A stretch of DNA of 61,280 nt, taken from positions 1-61,280 of the forward strand of contig CAWVXU010000006.1 of the NCBI GenBank assembly GCA_963934255.1, given 5' to 3'. How positions within the stretch are numbered: the first letter of the stretch is position 1; each line of letters opens with the position of its first letter. The notes beneath the pieces were generated by a model. It made no database searches. It saw nothing but the letters and a program-made list of their open reading frames with translations, and was not told the origin of the DNA. A program made the translations under genes and the position numbers. Origin of the DNA: an uncultured Fibrobacterales bacterium. GTDB lineage: Bacteria; Fibrobacterota; Fibrobacteria; Fibrobacterales; CAWVXU01. Below are positions 9,513 through 19,875 of the stretch, piece by piece.

Positions 9513-11189
9513 ATGTCCCAAGTTGAAGAAAAAGTTGCTGAAAGTTTAGATTCCAATTTTATCCAAGAGATTATTGTTGCTGATTTAGAACGCGGAAAAT
9601 GTAATGGAAAAATCCTTACTCGCTTCCCTCCAGAGCCCAACGGTTATTTACATATTGGCCATGCAAAATCAATCTGTTTGAACTTTGGTATCGCTACCAA
9701 AAATGGGGGTTTGACTAATCTCCGGTTTGATGATACCAATCCAGAAAAAGAGTCTTTAGAATATGTCCGTTCCATCCAAGAAGATATTAAGTGGCTTGGT
9801 TTTGATTGGGCTGAGCGGGTATTTTTTACTTCAAATTACTTTGAAAAGTTATTTCAATTTGCTATTCAAATGATTGAGCAAGGTGATGCATATGTGTGTG
9901 ATCTTGATATAGATGCGATGCGTGAGCTCCGTGGTGATTGGAATACTCCTGGTCAAGATGCACCTGGCCGTTCTCGTTCTACAGCAGACAATCTCGATCT
10001 TTTTAATAAAATGAGAGCCGGTGATTTTGAAGAAGGCAGCTATACTCTGCGTGCTCGCATTGATATGGCCTCAGGTAATATGAATATGCGAGATCCTATT
10101 TTGTATAGAATTCGCAAGGTGACTCATCATAATACTGGCGATACTTGGCCTATTTATCCCAATTATGATTTTGCACATGGGTTGAGTGATGCGATTGAAG
10201 GAATTTCGCATTCGATTTGCACTCTTGAGTTTGAAGATCATCGTCCTTTGTATGATTGGATTCTTGAAAAATGTGGATTTGATGTTGAGCATCGTCCGCA
10301 ACAAATTGAGTTTGCGCGTTTGAACTTAACCAATACAATTATGTCTAAGCGTAAACTACTTCGGCTTGTGGAAGATGAAATGGTGAGAAGTTGGGATGAC
10401 CCAAGAATGCCTACACTTGCGGGGCTTCGTCGTCGTGGTTATACGCCTTCAAGTATCCGTAATTTTGCTGATCGTATTGGTGTGGCTAAAGTTAATTCAA
10501 CAGTGGACATTCAATTATTACAACACTTTATTCGTGATGAATTAAATAATGATGCGGCACGTGCGATGGTTGTTCAGGATCCTATTAAGGTGACAATTGA
10601 TAATTTACCAGAAGGTGAAGTTATCTGGCTTGACGCTCCACTTCATCCAAATGTTGAAGAGATGGGGACAAGAAAAGTTCCATTTACACGTAACATATGG
10701 ATTGAGCGTGAAGACTTTATGATGGACGCTCCTAAGAAGTTTTTCCGTTTGACTGAAGGCCGTGAAGTTCGTTTCTTAAATGCATTTTATGTAAAATGTG
10801 TTCAAGCTGACTTGGATGAGAGTGGGAATGTTCTTGAACTTCATTGTACTTATGATCCAGCAACTAAGGGTGGTTGGACTCCTGAGCGCAAAGTCAAAGG
10901 AACCTTACATTGGGTTTCAGAATCTCATGGGGTGGAAGTTGAAGTCCGTAACTACAATGACATATTGATTGAAGATGAGTCGGGTGATAAAGATTTCATG
11001 GATTGCATTAATCCTGCATCTGAGACGATTGTGAAAGGATTTGCGGAGCCTGCACTTGCTGAGTGTTCTCAAGGTACGCACTTCCAATTTCAACGTGTAG
11101 GGTATTTTGTTGCTGACAATAAAGATCATGCAAAAGGGACTCCTGTATTTAATCAAGTTGTTTCATTAAAAGAATCTAAGGGTAAATAA
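9513..11189 (+). CDS. glnS: Glutamine--tRNA ligase
   Basis: TRFPPEPNGYLHIGH, MSKR and FQFQRVGYF motifs; AGGAGG RBS. Confidence 0.97.
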   Translation: MSQVEEKVAESLDSNFIQEIIVADLERGKCNGKILTRFPPEPNGYLHIGHAKSICLNFGIATKNGGLTNLRFDDTNPEKESLEYVRSIQEDIKWLGFDWAERVFFTSNYFEKLFQFAIQMIEQGDAYVCDLDIDAMRELRGDWNTPGQDAPGRSRSTADNLDLFNKMRAGDFEEGSYTLRARIDMASGNMNMRDPILYRIRKVTHHNTGDTWPIYPNYDFAHGLSDAIEGISHSICTLEFEDHRPLYDWILEKCGFDVEHRPQQIEFARLNLTNTIMSKRKLLRLVEDEMVRSWDDPRMPTLAGLRRRGYTPSSIRNFADRIGVAKVNSTVDIQLLQHFIRDELNNDAARAMVVQDPIKVTIDNLPEGEVIWLDAPLHPNVEEMGTRKVPFTRNIWIEREDFMMDAPKKFFRLTEGREVRFLNAFYVKCVQADLDESGNVLELHCTYDPATKGGWTPERKVKGTLHWVSESHGVEVEVRNYNDILIEDESGDKDFMDCINPASETIVKGFAEPALAECSQGTHFQFQRVGYFVADNKDHAKGTPVFNQVVSLKESKGK

Positions 11190-11212
11190 TTAAATCATTG
11201 AGAATAAAACTT

Positions 11213-11247
11213 AAGGCTTCATCTTAATTTAGATGAGGTCTTTTTTT
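11213..11247 (+). terminator. Intrinsic terminator after glnS
   Basis: GGCTTCATCT-TAATTT-AGATGAGGTC followed by T7. Confidence 0.75.
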
Positions 11248-11367
11248 GTATAAACCTTGATTGGATTTAAGGATGGGTTTAAAACTAAGCTGGAGTTTCA
11301 ATTCCTCAATAGTACTTCAAACTTGTTATTTGGCAATTAACTAAGGTGCTTAGAGCTTATCGTGAAG

Positions 11368-13164
11368 TCATAGCTTTTTAGTTGGGAGAGATCCCTTTCG
11401 AACAAGCGAATCATAACTTTTAATAACATCTGCATGTCGTAGTGTTGCGATAACTTCTTTTTGGTGATTGATCACAGGGAGTTGAGAAATGCCTGTTTTT
11501 AGGAAATATTGGGAAGCAGCGTGAAGGTCCATGGTTTGTCCTAAATATTTAGGTGGGAACATCATGTCTTCTACAATTACCAGGCTTGAAACACTCTGAT
11601 CAAAGATTGATTTACGAATGGCGTGTACATCAAGTATGCCTACCATTTTACCCTCGTCATTATCCACTATAAATAAATCTTCATCAGTTTGACTCATGAA
11701 ATGCTCTAGCTGCTTGAGAGTATCTTCAGGATGAACTCTGACGATTTCAGCAGTTCTATCGATGACATCCTTTACGAGAGCGCCTCTTAATATATCGATA
11801 TTGATTTCTGATTTGTGAGCCTTGGAGTGAAACTTATTTAGCACTTGATTTTCGTATATGGACCATTTGTGGGCTAAGAATACATGTATGACTGAAGCTA
11901 ACATAAGAGGAGCAAGTAAATTATAGTTACCTGTCAGTTCACATACCATAACAACAGAGGCAATAGGTGCATTGGCCGCACCACTGAAGAAAGCACCCAT
12001 CCCTACAATCATAAATGCGCCTGGGTGGCTAATGAGGCTTGGGAACAGCATATCAAGTGTCACACCAAAGGCGCCACCAAACATTCCGCCGATGAAAAGA
12101 GATGGACCAAAAACACCACCAGACCCGCCAGACCCTACTGTTAATGAAGTTGCGATGATTTTGAGAAAAGCGATACTTAATAATAAGATTGCGAAGCTAT
12201 AACTAGGCTCTGGACTTCTTATGCACTCAACTAGAAACTGCCAGCCACCAGCAATGATGTTCGGTTGTATGTAGAACAAGATACCCACACCAAGGCCGCC
12301 TATGCCTGGTTTAATCCAAATAGGAGCTTTGATGTTTCTAAACCCATCACGTATCACATAGAAGGTTTTAACATAAAGGAGACTAAGAGGGGCCATCATT
12401 ATCCCAAAAAGACTATAGAACACGAGCTCCGTGGGATTCTCGGAAATGAAAGAGGGCATACTCCCAAACTGTTCAAAAAATGGTGCGTAACCCATAAAGC
12501 TACAATAAGTCGCATATGCTACAACTGAGGCGATAATGGAAGACAAAAAAGCATCTGATTCAAAGTCTTCTTTATAAAGCACTTCAACTGAAGTGAGCGC
12601 ACCACCAAGTGGGGCTTTAAAAATTGCACCCAGGCCGGCTGCAGTACCTGCAAGTGTCAGATTGCGGCGAAATTTGGCGGATATTTTGAAGCCTCGAGAG
12701 AGGGTTGCACCAAGTCCTGACCCGATTTGAGCTACAGGTCCTTCGTATCCAGCTGAGCCGCCGGTTGAGATAGTGAGTATAGAGGTAATCGCTTTGACAA
12801 ATGGGACGCGTTTGCGGACTCTGCCTGAGTTGTTATGGAATGTGTTAATCATGGCGTCGGTGCCATGCCCTTGAGTCTCTGGGGCTAACATAAACACTAA
12901 AAAGCCCGAAAGAAGTCCGCCGATAGCCGGTACGAGAAAGAATAGCCAACGAGGAATGATAGCGAGCTCACTTTGACCCCCAAATAACTCAAAACCGACC
13001 AAAGTACCCAAAATATATTCTTGAAAGAAGTGCAAAAGGTAGTGAAAGCCTACGGCGCCTGACCCTCCGATGAGTCCAACAACAGCTGAGAGCACCAAAA
13101 CGGGCCCTTGGCTTTGAACAAGACGGAATTTTCTGAGGGTTTGGTTGAGCTGTTTTGAAATCAT
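11368..13164 (-). CDS. ClC-family chloride channel/antiporter with C-terminal CBS pair
   Basis: GHGTD, GYEGP and GVFGPSL signature regions; CBS-like C-terminus. Confidence 0.9.
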   Translation of the reverse strand: MISKQLNQTLRKFRLVQSQGPVLVLSAVVGLIGGSGAVGFHYLLHFFQEYILGTLVGFELFGGQSELAIIPRWLFFLVPAIGGLLSGFLVFMLAPETQGHGTDAMINTFHNNSGRVRKRVPFVKAITSILTISTGGSAGYEGPVAQIGSGLGATLSRGFKISAKFRRNLTLAGTAAGLGAIFKAPLGGALTSVEVLYKEDFESDAFLSSIIASVVAYATYCSFMGYAPFFEQFGSMPSFISENPTELVFYSLFGIMMAPLSLLYVKTFYVIRDGFRNIKAPIWIKPGIGGLGVGILFYIQPNIIAGGWQFLVECIRSPEPSYSFAILLLSIAFLKIIATSLTVGSGGSGGVFGPSLFIGGMFGGAFGVTLDMLFPSLISHPGAFMIVGMGAFFSGAANAPIASVVMVCELTGNYNLLAPLMLASVIHVFLAHKWSIYENQVLNKFHSKAHKSEINIDILRGALVKDVIDRTAEIVRVHPEDTLKQLEHFMSQTDEDLFIVDNDEGKMVGILDVHAIRKSIFDQSVSSLVIVEDMMFPPKYLGQTMDLHAASQYFLKTGISQLPVINHQKEVIATLRHADVIKSYDSLVRKGSLPTKKL

Positions 13165-13238
13165 TTTGACTTAGCCTAAAATCAGAGGTGGTACAAAGGT
13201 AACAATTTCCTATTTTTGGCGAAACATTTGGAGATAAT

Positions 13239-14672
13239 ATGAGTACACAATTTGAAAGTCCATTAAATTCCCGTTATAGTTCTAAAGAAATGAGCTTTAT
13301 CTTTTCACCTCAAAACAAGTTTCAAACTTGGCGCAAACTTTGGGTCGCACTGGCTGAATCAGAACAAGAGCTTGGTTTAGACATCAAAGATGAGCAAATC
13401 ACTGAGATGAAAAAGTTTGAGAAAGATATTAATTTTGATGTCGCTCGTGATGAAGAAAAACGCCGTCGTCACGATGTGATGGCTCACGTACACGCTTTCG
13501 GTGTGCAGTGTCCTGCCGCTAAACCAATTATACATTTAGGTGCAACATCTGCATACGTGGGTGATAACACTGATTTGATGCAAATGAAAGAAGCACTTGT
13601 CTTTGTGCGTCAGCGCTTATGTAAGGTGATTGATTCACTTTCGTCATTTGCCAAAGAATATAAAGGGATGCCTCAATTAGGTGCAACTCACTTTCAGGCG
13701 GCTCAACTCACCACTGTGGGAAAACGTACTTGTCTTTGGATTCAAGATTTGTTGATTGACCTTGAAGAAGTAAATCACCTGATTGAAGTCCTACCATTTC
13801 GTGGTGTCAAAGGAACAACTGGTACTCAAGCCTCTTTCTTAGAACTTTTCAATGGTGACCATGACAAAGTGGTTTCTTTGGATGAAAAGGTAACGGCTAA
13901 AGCAGGGTTTTCTAAGCGCCTGACAATTACTGGTCAAACTTATACTCGTAAATGGGATGCGCGTGTCAATGCGACACTTTCTTCTGTGGCTCAGTCACTT
14001 TCTAAGTTTTCGACTGATATGCGTTTGATGGCAGGGCTAAAAGAACTTGAAGAACCATTTGAAAAAGACCAAATCGGTTCGAGTGCCATGGCTTATAAAC
14101 GCAATCCTATGCGTTCTGAGCGTATTGGTTCACTTGCACGCTTTGTGATGGCCCAGGTGAACTCAACTGCTTTCACTCAAGCGACACAGTGGTTTGAGAG
14201 GACGTTAGATGATTCAGCCAATAAACGTCTTGCAATCCCCGAAGCTTTCCTTGCTATTGATGCGATGTTGATTATTGCTGAGAATGTGACTAACGGTATT
14301 GTTGTTTATCCTAAAATATTGAATAAACGTATCATGGCTGAACTCCCTTTCATGGCAACAGAAAATATTATTATGGCAGCAGTTAAAAAAGGCGGAGACC
14401 GTCAAGAGCTGCATGAAGACATTCGTGTTCTTTCTATGGAAGCGGCAAACAATGTAAAAGTTGAGGGTGGTGATAATGACCTTCTTGAGCGCATTTTAAA
14501 TTCTGATAAGTTCAATTTGGTTCAAGCTGATCTTGATGTTATCCTTGATACACGTAAATTTGTTGGGCGTGCTCCAGAGCAGGTAGATGAGTTTGTTGAT
14601 CTTGAAGTGATGCCGATGCTTGCTCAGTTTGATGATTGGAAAAATGTTCAAGAGGGTGAAATTAACGTTTAG
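13239..14672 (+). CDS. purB: Adenylosuccinate lyase
   Basis: RHDVMAH, HLGATS and SSAMAYKRNP fumarate-lyase signatures. Confidence 0.96.
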   Translation: MSTQFESPLNSRYSSKEMSFIFSPQNKFQTWRKLWVALAESEQELGLDIKDEQITEMKKFEKDINFDVARDEEKRRRHDVMAHVHAFGVQCPAAKPIIHLGATSAYVGDNTDLMQMKEALVFVRQRLCKVIDSLSSFAKEYKGMPQLGATHFQAAQLTTVGKRTCLWIQDLLIDLEEVNHLIEVLPFRGVKGTTGTQASFLELFNGDHDKVVSLDEKVTAKAGFSKRLTITGQTYTRKWDARVNATLSSVAQSLSKFSTDMRLMAGLKELEEPFEKDQIGSSAMAYKRNPMRSERIGSLARFVMAQVNSTAFTQATQWFERTLDDSANKRLAIPEAFLAIDAMLIIAENVTNGIVVYPKILNKRIMAELPFMATENIIMAAVKKGGDRQELHEDIRVLSMEAANNVKVEGGDNDLLERILNSDKFNLVQADLDVILDTRKFVGRAPEQVDEFVDLEVMPMLAQFDDWKNVQEGEINV

Positions 14673-14714
14673 TTGAGTTTTTTATGTTTTGACTTTGTCG
14701 TTCTGATTAAAATG

Positions 14715-14745
14715 AAAGCCTTCCATAAGTATGGAAGGCTTTTTT
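14715..14745 (+). terminator. Intrinsic terminator after purB
   Basis: AAAGCCTTCCATA-AG-TATGGAAGGCTTTTTT. Confidence 0.8.
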
Positions 14746-14821
14746 GTAACTGGAGGGTTTTCACTTAGTGACAATTAAAATTAAAGTGGCGAAGTGAGAA
14801 TCAAGATGAACTGTGTGATTC

Positions 14822-14853
14822 AAAAAAAAAGGCTCTCAAAAATTTGAGAGCCT
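14822..14853 (-). terminator. Intrinsic terminator of the PorV-like gene
   Basis: Minus strand AGGCTCTCAAA-TT-TTTGAGAGCC followed by T9. Confidence 0.8.
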
Positions 14854-14896
14854 GAATAGGTCGTTTAAAATGAATAGTTTGTTTGAAAAACTGTGC

Positions 14897-17122
14897 CTAG
14901 AATTTAAACAATAATGAAAACCTTGTTTGGCTGTCGCGGACTTTGTTAGCGCCCAGGGAGGAAACCATCGCAAAATCTAGAGTCAGAATATCTGAGACTA
15001 ACACTCCGACCCCTATATCTAATTCTTCTCGAGTACCTGGTCTGTCAAATAAGTAACCTGTGCGAAGAGCAAGTGTATTGGCGTAGGTGAATTCTCCACC
15101 AATATTGAATTGTGCTTGACCAAAGTTTTTTAAGCCATCAGAATTTTTTTCTGATCCTGCACCACCAGGCTGGGTCCAACCTAAATATAGTGCTTCATAG
15201 AACGCTGCTGTTGAGCCGTCGTCATTTTCAAATATGAGTGTTTTATTGTAATCGGCCATAGCCAGGATTCTATAATCCGGCGTATTGAGTACTTCATAAG
15301 CTACACCAAATTTCCAAGTTAATGGAATAGGGTCATTTTGACTTTTATCCACATAAAAGACATTGGGGCCCATGTTGGCGATGACAGTTCCAAGGTTCAA
15401 GCCTTTGATAAATACATCGCGTTGAATGACACCAACATCAACCGCATATGAAGCTGTGGTAGCATCTTCTTGCCCTGCTACACCTGAAACCAAGTCAGAG
15501 TAGATGAATTTGAAGTTAAGTCCAAGAGCGGTGTTAGTTAAGAGGCGTGTACCATAAGACGCAGTAGCCACAAGTTCAGTTGAATTAAAAGTGGCATCGG
15601 AGTCAACACCTAGAGTTGTTTCACCAAAGGAAACAAAATTAATGTTGCCACCAATGGTACCCCAATCTTCAGCAGGGAAGGTAAATGCAGACATCACGTG
15701 AAATAAATCGGGCAAATTTAATTTAGGAAGTAGACTCTCACCAAAGACGGAGACTTGAGTTTTGGCTTTTGAAAACTGTTCGATACCTTTTGAGGTTGCA
15801 AGCCAAATATCAGAGCCTTGTGGCTCTACTTCAAGAATTTTAGAGCCCAGAAGCCCATGACCGGTGTGGTAGTGATACCAACTGCCTTGAGCTGCAGACT
15901 CTGTATTGCCGGCCTGATTTCTTTTTTCTTGAGTGTCAATGGTTACTTTTTGATTAAGGTGTTTCGGCTGGTGATGCCAAATGCCTTTATAAGTACCTAT
16001 CCAAATACCGCCTTTGGAGTCGGATGAAACTGAGGTGATTTCATTATTGTCAAAAAGAACTTGTTCCCACTTTTTACGAGTAAAGTGGGAAAGGCCTGTG
16101 GCATGTGCAACCCAGATGTGACCTTCGGGGTCGGATGTGATTTCAAGAGGAGTTTGATCAACAAGTCCATCGACTTTTGAGTTGTACAAGCTCCACTTGT
16201 CTTTTTCCCCCTTTTTTACTTTAGGGATTAGGCGAGCGACTCCACCTTCTTTCAGGCCGACATAAAGTTCTTTGTTTTTTTGATTCCAGTTAAGTGAGGT
16301 GACATGTTGAAATGGAAGTACTTTACCACGGCGTTTAATTCGGCCTTGGCGACTTCTATACAATCCGTCTTGAGTACCAATCCAGATTGTCGCACCTTGA
16401 GCTTCAATCTGGGTAATCCAAGGGTTGGTGAATTCTTGGTTAAAAAACTTCCATCTTTTACCATCAAAACGATAAAGCCCCTGTGTGGTGCCAATCCAAA
16501 GCTTATCAGTCTTGGCTTCGTAAAACGATGATGTTATCGGGTGTTTTATTACAGAAGCCCAGGGGAGGCGGAGCTCAACAAGGAATTTTTCATCCTCGGG
16601 GGTGTTAATTTGGTTAAACTTTTTGATTGTTGCAACGATGGAGTCAAGTCCTTGGTCTGAACCAAGAAAGGTACGAACGAGCCCATGTATTTTGACATCA
16701 CCTTCAATAGTGACCGTATGGTAGTTTTTCCAAGTACCATTGTGGAAATGTATAAGGCCTTTGTTGGTTCCCGCCCAAACTTCTGATTGAGACAAAAATC
16801 CTCTGCGACCTCGTGAAGTAATAGACCTGACAATGTGGTCTTTGGGGAGCTCGTGAGAAAGACGCCACTCATCTGCAAGTGGAGAAAAGGCAAGTGCAGC
16901 TGGATTCCAATAAGTAGCAAAAGGGTCTTCAGAAAGTGCAACACCCGTCTCACCCATGCCTAGTTGTCTAGCACCAGCAGGCATGCCCAGAGTAATAATT
17001 GCGGAGTTTTTACCAGCAAAAAGATCAGAATAAAATATCGCAAGGATAAATAGTATGATTACTGATGGTCGTGAGTATTTATTTCTCAAAACTTCTCCAA
17101 TCGGGCACCTGAAATTGGCCAT
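14897..17122 (-). CDS. PorV/FadL-family outer-membrane barrel with inserted beta-propeller
   Basis: N-terminal GARQLGMGE...YWNPAAL; repeated WIGTxxGL blades; C-terminal barrel strands ending in Phe; exact start uncertain. Confidence 0.75.
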   Translation of the reverse strand: MANFRCPIGEVLRNKYSRPSVIILFILAIFYSDLFAGKNSAIITLGMPAGARQLGMGETGVALSEDPFATYWNPAALAFSPLADEWRLSHELPKDHIVRSITSRGRRGFLSQSEVWAGTNKGLIHFHNGTWKNYHTVTIEGDVKIHGLVRTFLGSDQGLDSIVATIKKFNQINTPEDEKFLVELRLPWASVIKHPITSSFYEAKTDKLWIGTTQGLYRFDGKRWKFFNQEFTNPWITQIEAQGATIWIGTQDGLYRSRQGRIKRRGKVLPFQHVTSLNWNQKNKELYVGLKEGGVARLIPKVKKGEKDKWSLYNSKVDGLVDQTPLEITSDPEGHIWVAHATGLSHFTRKKWEQVLFDNNEITSVSSDSKGGIWIGTYKGIWHHQPKHLNQKVTIDTQEKRNQAGNTESAAQGSWYHYHTGHGLLGSKILEVEPQGSDIWLATSKGIEQFSKAKTQVSVFGESLLPKLNLPDLFHVMSAFTFPAEDWGTIGGNINFVSFGETTLGVDSDATFNSTELVATASYGTRLLTNTALGLNFKFIYSDLVSGVAGQEDATTASYAVDVGVIQRDVFIKGLNLGTVIANMGPNVFYVDKSQNDPIPLTWKFGVAYEVLNTPDYRILAMADYNKTLIFENDDGSTAAFYEALYLGWTQPGGAGSEKNSDGLKNFGQAQFNIGGEFTYANTLALRTGYLFDRPGTREELDIGVGVLVSDILTLDFAMVSSLGANKVRDSQTRFSLLFKF

Positions 17123-17642
17123 CTAGAGGAAGTACAGGAACCCAAGCAGATTTGTTCTGATTATCCCAGGCTTCTCGACTGGTGAGTTTAGTAGTACAGC
17201 CGATGAAAAATGGAGGCAATAGTTCCGGGTGGTGATAAATTTGTTCACGGGTAATATACGAATCTTTATCCAAGAAAGTACAAACCTTCAAGTCTTTGTC
17301 CTGAAAATCAAAGCTATAAGTGTTGTAGCCTTTAGCGTCACCGGCTTCAACCATAGCTATAGAGGATTGAATACTTTGGGTCCATTGATCGGTTATGACT
17401 TGAATCTGGGAATCATTGAGTTCGGTATGAGACTCCAAATGACTGCGTACTTCGTCAATGTTAGGTTTGACTTGATAGATTTCCTCAATAGGGGATTCTC
17501 TAATTAGGGAATATTTACCCGAATCTTTTATTACCGCCTTGGCCCTGTTTTCAGCCTGGTTTTTTTGTAATACTATGTGAACTCCTACGCCAAATAGCAA
17601 AAGAGAGGAAAGTGAAATGAGAACCACAATCAAAATATCCAA
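17079..17642 (-). CDS. Hypothetical protein with N-terminal membrane anchor
   Basis: TTG start with GGAG RBS; one transmembrane helix. Confidence 0.65.
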   Translation of the reverse strand: MDILIVVLISLSSLLLFGVGVHIVLQKNQAENRAKAVIKDSGKYSLIRESPIEEIYQVKPNIDEVRSHLESHTELNDSQIQVITDQWTQSIQSSIAMVEAGDAKGYNTYSFDFQDKDLKVCTFLDKDSYITREQIYHHPELLPPFFIGCTTKLTSREAWDNQNKSAWVPVLPLDGQFQVPDWRSFEK

Positions 17643-17752
17643 TTGAAAAGCTCCAAGCTAATGTCAACAAATAAACTAACTTTAAAATCTAACATTTTTT
17701 TGGCCAATTTGGCTTTAACTCGCATATAATATATGGAACTGGTATACTCCTC

Positions 17753-19027
17753 ATGAAATCAATGAATATTCTACTTATTTTGGGCCTATATACTTCTCTT
17801 GCAATGAGTTTTGCAGCAGAGAAAAAGGCTAAGGCGCCTAAACTTTCAAAGTCTTCCAAAGTTATAGCTTCAGTCGTAAAGGCTGATTCAATCATGCCTT
17901 TGGGTAAGCTCCCAGCGATTATGATTTTAAAAAATGGTCTGAAAATTGAAATATTGGAACTCGGTCAGGGAGATGCCAGTGAAGTGGGTGATAAGCTTGA
18001 ACTTCATTATGTGGGTAAACTCTTTGGTGTGGGTACCGAATTTGACAATTCGTATACTCGCTCTCAATCGTTCTCATTTGTTTTGGGCAGCGGCAAAGTG
18101 ATAAAGGGATGGGACCTTGGTTTAGTGGGTATGTTAGTGGGGGAGAAACGCAAGTTATTTGTCCCTGCAGAATTAGCTTATGGGTCAAGGAATCTCGGGG
18201 TTATTCCTCCAAATTCAAGCCTTGAATTTGAAGTTGAATTGTTGAGTAAAACTAAAGGTTTGAAACCAGATATATTTCCAAAACATCAATTATTTCCTTG
18301 GCAAACTCTGCGGCCTGGAATTGAGGCACATATTGAAGTGACTGGTGAGGGTGCTGATGCTAAATCAGGAGATCAGATTGTGGTACATTATACAGGCTGG
18401 TTAATGGGGGGCACAGAAGTTCATTCTTCAGTTAGATCAGGCGAAAAAGGAGCATTTACTATCGGGGCTGGTGAAGTGATTCGCGGTTGGGAACAGGGAT
18501 TGATTGGTACCAAAGTTGGTGAAGTTAGATATTTGAATTTATCACCAATGATGGCATTTGCTTCAAATCCGCAATCAAGAATTCCACCGAACTCACGTCT
18601 GATTTATAAAATCAGAGTTTTGGAAATCAACCAAATTGAGCAAGAGTCTTCTCAAGATGTATTCCCGGATTTGGGAAGTATCAAATGGGAGGGGCCATCA
18701 GGTGACCTGCAGTATTTTGAAATGGTGAAGGCCCCAAAAGGCAGCCCACTTCCAACTGCAGGTAATAAAGTTGCGGTCCATTACACTGGTTGGCTTGAAG
18801 ATGGAACAATGTTTGATTCAAGTCGTCGACGTGGAGCACCATTTGAGTTTGCTCTTGGTGGAAATCAAGTCATTCGTGGCTGGGACCTAGCCATAAAGAA
18901 GATGCCTATAGGCTCAAAACGCTTACTTAAGATTCCGGCACATTTAGGCTATGGAAACAAAGGCGCTGGTTCAATTCCAGCGGGCGCCACACTTCTCTTT
19001 ATGGTGGAAGTCATCAGGGCTCCTTAA
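17753..19027 (+). CDS. FKBP-type peptidyl-prolyl isomerase with three FKBP domains
   Basis: Three repeats of HYxG...VIxGW...IPP/IPA; signal peptide. Confidence 0.92.
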   Translation: MKSMNILLILGLYTSLAMSFAAEKKAKAPKLSKSSKVIASVVKADSIMPLGKLPAIMILKNGLKIEILELGQGDASEVGDKLELHYVGKLFGVGTEFDNSYTRSQSFSFVLGSGKVIKGWDLGLVGMLVGEKRKLFVPAELAYGSRNLGVIPPNSSLEFEVELLSKTKGLKPDIFPKHQLFPWQTLRPGIEAHIEVTGEGADAKSGDQIVVHYTGWLMGGTEVHSSVRSGEKGAFTIGAGEVIRGWEQGLIGTKVGEVRYLNLSPMMAFASNPQSRIPPNSRLIYKIRVLEINQIEQESSQDVFPDLGSIKWEGPSGDLQYFEMVKAPKGSPLPTAGNKVAVHYTGWLEDGTMFDSSRRRGAPFEFALGGNQVIRGWDLAIKKMPIGSKRLLKIPAHLGYGNKGAGSIPAGATLLFMVEVIRAP

Positions 19028-19047
19028 ACTTTTTTATCAGGTAAAAC

Positions 19048-19875
19048 ATGACTCAATGGCGAATGAATTTACACGAAATTATCTACGAAGCTGATACACC
19101 AGCTGGTAAGTTGTTTGATGTCGTTTTGTTGGTGGCGATTGTTATATCCGTTTTGGCGGTGGTGCTAGAATCTGTCAATTCCATCAAACTAGAATTTGGT
19201 TACATTTTCAATATCCTTGAGTGGGTGTTTACAGTTCTATTTAGTATTGAATATATCCTCAGGATTTTATGTGTAGAGCGCAGTCGTTCCTATATTTTTT
19301 CCTTTTATGGTGTAATTGACTTACTCACAATATTACCAGCATACTTAGGTCTCTTCCTCGAAGGTGTAGAGTTTTTAATGGTAATTCGTGGTATTCGATT
19401 ACTACGAATTTATCGTGTTCTCAAGCTAGGGCGTTATGTGCAAGAATCAGAACACCTATTAGCCGCTCTTAGGAATTCTAGACGTAAAATTATCGTCTTT
19501 TTAATGACCGTCTTGATTATCGTGTTAATTGCTGGCTCTGCTATGTATTTGGTGGAGGGAGCAGATAATGGATACACATCTATCCCTCGTGGTATGTATT
19601 GGGCGATTGTGACAATGACTACTGTAGGTTACGGAGACATTGCTCCATCCACACCATTAGGTCAATTTTTGAGCTCATTTTTAATGGTGATGGGCTATGC
19701 GATTTTGGCGGTGCCTACTGGTGTAGTTACTCATGAAATGATCCGTCATGGGCAGGTTATGGCGTTACAGAACTCTCAAATATCAACACAGGCTTGTTCT
19801 GTATGCTCTCTTGAAGGACATGATGTCAATGCTAAATTTTGTAAATACTGTGGTGGAGATCTGAATCATGTATAA
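19048..19875 (+). CDS. Six-TM potassium channel / ion transporter
   Basis: TTVGYGD selectivity filter; S4-like RGIRLLRIYRVLK; C-terminal CxxC...CxxC. Confidence 0.92.
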   Translation: MTQWRMNLHEIIYEADTPAGKLFDVVLLVAIVISVLAVVLESVNSIKLEFGYIFNILEWVFTVLFSIEYILRILCVERSRSYIFSFYGVIDLLTILPAYLGLFLEGVEFLMVIRGIRLLRIYRVLKLGRYVQESEHLLAALRNSRRKIIVFLMTVLIIVLIAGSAMYLVEGADNGYTSIPRGMYWAIVTMTTVGYGDIAPSTPLGQFLSSFLMVMGYAILAVPTGVVTHEMIRHGQVMALQNSQISTQACSVCSLEGHDVNAKFCKYCGGDLNHV

